Positions 61,066 to 64,000 of a stretch of 64,000 nucleotides of DNA are shown here, one piece after another. The DNA is from Alloascoidea hylecoeti (Eukaryota). Both the position numbers and the translations under genes were made by a program. The stretch covers positions 62,001 to 126,000 of the forward strand of contig BCKZ01000032.1 of the NCBI GenBank assembly GCA_001600815.1, read 5' to 3'. Numbering within the stretch: position 1 is the first letter of the stretch; every line of letters starts with the position of its first letter. Under the pieces are notes generated by a model. That model was not told the origin of the DNA and ran no database searches. It saw only the letters and a list, made by a program, of their open reading frames with translations.

Positions 61066-63489
61066 ATGGGCAAAGTCAGCAGAGTCAGGACGGGCTGTTG
61101 GAGTTGCAAGCAGAGACACCGCAAGTGCGACGAAACAAAACCGGTCTGCAACAACTGTAAGAAGTCCGGACGCGACTGCAAGTACGGAATCAAAATATCC
61201 TTCGATATCGACAGGAAAAAGAGATCAAAGCCCTCATCCGAAGTTTCAGCCGAGGCTTCGTCCGAGGCTTCAACCGTGCCTTCAACCGTGCCCTCAACCG
61301 AACCTCCATCCGATCCAGATATACCCTCGGACATACTCCCCAATGGGCTCCCCAATGGGCTCCCCAATGGGCTCCCCAGTGAGCTCCCCAGTGAGCTCCC
61401 CAGTGAACTCCCCAATGGACCGGATATACCCTCCGACGCAGTAACAGACATTTCTTTGGATCTGCTGTTTCCTTCTTCTTTACACACATCTCAGCATTTA
61501 TTCGATGATACTTTTAACGACCCTTTGGTCCAACAGAATCCTCCAATCTTTAAACTATTCTCTTCAGATCCATCATCAAATACTGCTACTTCCACTTCCA
61601 ATTCTATTCCTGCAACTACAACTACTGCGACAACTAAAAGCCTAATCCCAACAACTTATCCAATAGATTTAAATTTCAATATAGATCAATCGTTCAATTT
61701 ATTCGATAATCAATCTTTTAATCAGGCTATATTTCAAACGGTTTCTCAAAATAATAATTTAAACTTAAATTTAAATCTAAATAATAGTAACGTTAATGAT
61801 AATGATAATGATAATGATAACGATAATACTAATGGTAAAAAAATTTTAAAAAATCTATTAAAAGAGCGCTTAAAAAAATCAAGACAATTTTTAAAAATTG
61901 CTAAAAAATTTGATAATTCAAATATATCATCAAATAATAATTTATCTTTATTAGAAAATTTTGGACTTGACAATACAAGTTCAAATTCTCCAAATACACC
62001 ATCATCAACAACAACATCATCATCATCAACAACAACAACAACAACAACAACAAATTCAAATTCAAATTCAAAAACATTATCAGAAGATGTTGTATTACAA
62101 TATTATTTTGATAGATTTTGTCCATTATTCGATCATCCAAAAACTTTCCCATTTCCTGAAATCGTTTTAAAACATTGTGGTTATGATGTCGCAAAATGTT
62201 GTTTTGTATCAATTAGTTATATTCATTTATATGAATCTTTACAAAATACTGAATATTATTTAAAAGGTGTTGATCATATTAATAAAACAATGGAATATTT
62301 AATGAATTATTTAATGAATTATTCTGATCCAACTGAAATGGAAAATGATCCAAATGTTATAGATATAAATGATTCACCAATAAATGATGATGATAATAAT
62401 AATAATTTGTCAAATTCAATTAATATTAATGTTGTACTTTATAATTTAAGAAAAGAAGTACTTGATAAAAACACTTATACATTTTTCATAATATTAATAT
62501 TAATTTATGTTCATATATTATTTGAAATTGTTGAATCTGGTCGTTCAGCAATTGTTCGTACATTATTTGAACTATTTTTAAAAATTTTAACAGATGATAT
62601 AATAAATTCAAAATTACAAAAAAATATAGATTTAGGTTCACAATCATTAATATCTGCAATGTCATGGTATGAAATTGTAACAACTTGTACATCATCAGAT
62701 TCAAGATTACCAAATTGTGAAAAATTATGGTTTGGTGATTCAAAAATTTTAGAAAAATTAATGGGATGTCCTGGTTTTATATTTATGAATTTATATGATA
62801 TAACAATATTAAGACATGATTTACATTCAAATTCAAATTCAAAAAAGAAGTACCAAAAAAAAAATTTATCAATTAAAGAAATTGAATTAAAATATTTAGA
62901 AATTAAAAAAAATTTATTAAATTATAGAAATTTTATAACACCATCAAAATCATCAAAAGAATCTTTTTTTAATTTACAAATTATACAATGTTGGATGTTA
63001 TCATCATTAATTTTTCTAAATAGAACAATTTCAAATCATTTAACAATTAAAAATTGTCCATCAATTTATCCATCTTTTATATTAAATTCTACAACCAATT
63101 CAAATGATAATGAAATTGAAAATGATAATGAATCATTATCTCCAATTTCAATATTAAATTCAACATTAGTAAATGAATTCATTTCAATTTATTCAAATTT
63201 TAATCCAAATTTTAGATTTGTTGTACAATTAGTTTGGCCATTATTTCAAATTGGTGTTGAATGCTTTAATTTAGAATCAAAATTAAAAATTTTAAATTTT
63301 TTTGATTCTTTATATAAAACTTGTAAAATGGGTAATATTATAACAATGAAAAATTTAATAATAGAATGTTGGGGTGATGTTTTAATTAATGGTAAAATTG
63401 TTGAAAATGTTAATAAAAGAAAAAAATGGTGGGAAGTTTTAAATGGTGAAAATTGGTTTGGTTCTCATATTGATTTATTACCTATATAA
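61066..63489 (+). CDS. Zn(II)2Cys6 transcription factor with a fungal-specific C-terminal TF domain
   Basis: RTGCWSCKQRHRKCDETKPVCNNCKKSGRDC; LMGCP and LVWPLFQIGVE; first ATG at 61066. Confidence 0.92.
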   Translation: MGKVSRVRTGCWSCKQRHRKCDETKPVCNNCKKSGRDCKYGIKISFDIDRKKRSKPSSEVSAEASSEASTVPSTVPSTEPPSDPDIPSDILPNGLPNGLPNGLPSELPSELPSELPNGPDIPSDAVTDISLDLLFPSSLHTSQHLFDDTFNDPLVQQNPPIFKLFSSDPSSNTATSTSNSIPATTTTATTKSLIPTTYPIDLNFNIDQSFNLFDNQSFNQAIFQTVSQNNNLNLNLNLNNSNVNDNDNDNDNDNTNGKKILKNLLKERLKKSRQFLKIAKKFDNSNISSNNNLSLLENFGLDNTSSNSPNTPSSTTTSSSSTTTTTTTTNSNSNSKTLSEDVVLQYYFDRFCPLFDHPKTFPFPEIVLKHCGYDVAKCCFVSISYIHLYESLQNTEYYLKGVDHINKTMEYLMNYLMNYSDPTEMENDPNVIDINDSPINDDDNNNNLSNSININVVLYNLRKEVLDKNTYTFFIILILIYVHILFEIVESGRSAIVRTLFELFLKILTDDIINSKLQKNIDLGSQSLISAMSWYEIVTTCTSSDSRLPNCEKLWFGDSKILEKLMGCPGFIFMNLYDITILRHDLHSNSNSKKKYQKKNLSIKEIELKYLEIKKNLLNYRNFITPSKSSKESFFNLQIIQCWMLSSLIFLNRTISNHLTIKNCPSIYPSFILNSTTNSNDNEIENDNESLSPISILNSTLVNEFISIYSNFNPNFRFVVQLVWPLFQIGVECFNLESKLKILNFFDSLYKTCKMGNIITMKNLIIECWGDVLINGKIVENVNKRKKWWEVLNGENWFGSHIDLLPI

Positions 63490-63579
63490 TTGTTATAACT
63501 ATATATTATATATTTATTATTGAGAGGGATACATATTGTTTATTATTTAGAGGGATGTTTATAAAAATAAAGAAAAAGA

Positions 63580-63730
63580 GAATTTGAATTTGAATTTGAA
63601 TTTGAATTTGAATTTGAATTTGAATTTGAATTTGAATTTAATTTGATTTTAATTTGATTTTAATTTGATTTCAATTTGATTTTAATTTTGTTTAATTTTG
63701 TTTAATTTTGTTTAATTTTGTTTAATTTTT
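63580..63730. repeat. Compound satellite (GAATTT)n, then (AATTTGATTTT)n, then (AATTTTGTTT)n
   Basis: Read directly. Confidence 0.95.
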
Positions 63731-64000
63731 GATTAAAAAAAGTATACATATGTTTTGATTTATTTAAAATTATACCGCACTACAGATTACTTATATTATA
63801 TTTATTATCATTATATAATGATTATTTCTAATATCTACCTTACACATTTATTATGATTAGTTAATTGGTCCTACCATGACCAAGAAATCCACCCATGTGG
63901 ATAAACCTGTGAACCTCTGATAAACTTTATTTGATATTTCGAATTCATTGAACATTAAATGACTACAGAGCTGAAATGATATCTAATGTAACAGCAGGTC

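Noticed and set aside
487..62743. Short antisense or overlapping ORFs in the track (e.g. 487-897, 5198-5578, 15325-15597, 44849-45229, 60673-61119, 61002-61487)
   Set aside because: These are shadow frames of real genes, microsatellites or low-complexity DNA, with no recognisable motifs.
63865..64000. Small hairpins or a possible gene end at the window edge
   Set aside because: Too little sequence to support a call.

Overview
AT-rich budding-yeast (Saccharomycotina-type) chromosome segment. CTG appears to be read as Leu, and the region is unusually intron-rich: I inferred 16 introns in 10 genes, mostly 54-87 nt, with relaxed splice signals. Intact genes in order: PIF1, OGG1, an acidic tandem-repeat protein, a thioredoxin-like protein, RPL28, ALG7, NSA1, ATG12, YBP1-like, TUS1-like RhoGEF, DIG1-like, MRC1, DCW1/DFG5, two GT15 (KRE2/KTR) mannosyltransferases, RPS6, YOP1, a third GT15 gene, DPS1, SEC16 and a Zn2Cys6 factor. 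Features the ORF track misses: (i) a ~16 kb gene-poor block (19.7-36.1 kb) holding only DIG1. It contains a decayed adjacent pair (OPT oligopeptide transporter and secreted aspartic protease pseudogenes) and several Tc1/pogo-like transposase relics, and is a regional-centromere candidate. (ii) Two structured ncRNA candidates with box C/D signatures (7.45-7.64 kb and 15.3-15.6 kb). (iii) A Ty3/gypsy-like pol relic near 49-50 kb. (iv) A sharp GC-rich island over the SEC16/Zn-cluster head-to-head junction. All calls come from manual translation and motif recognition; no database searches were run.
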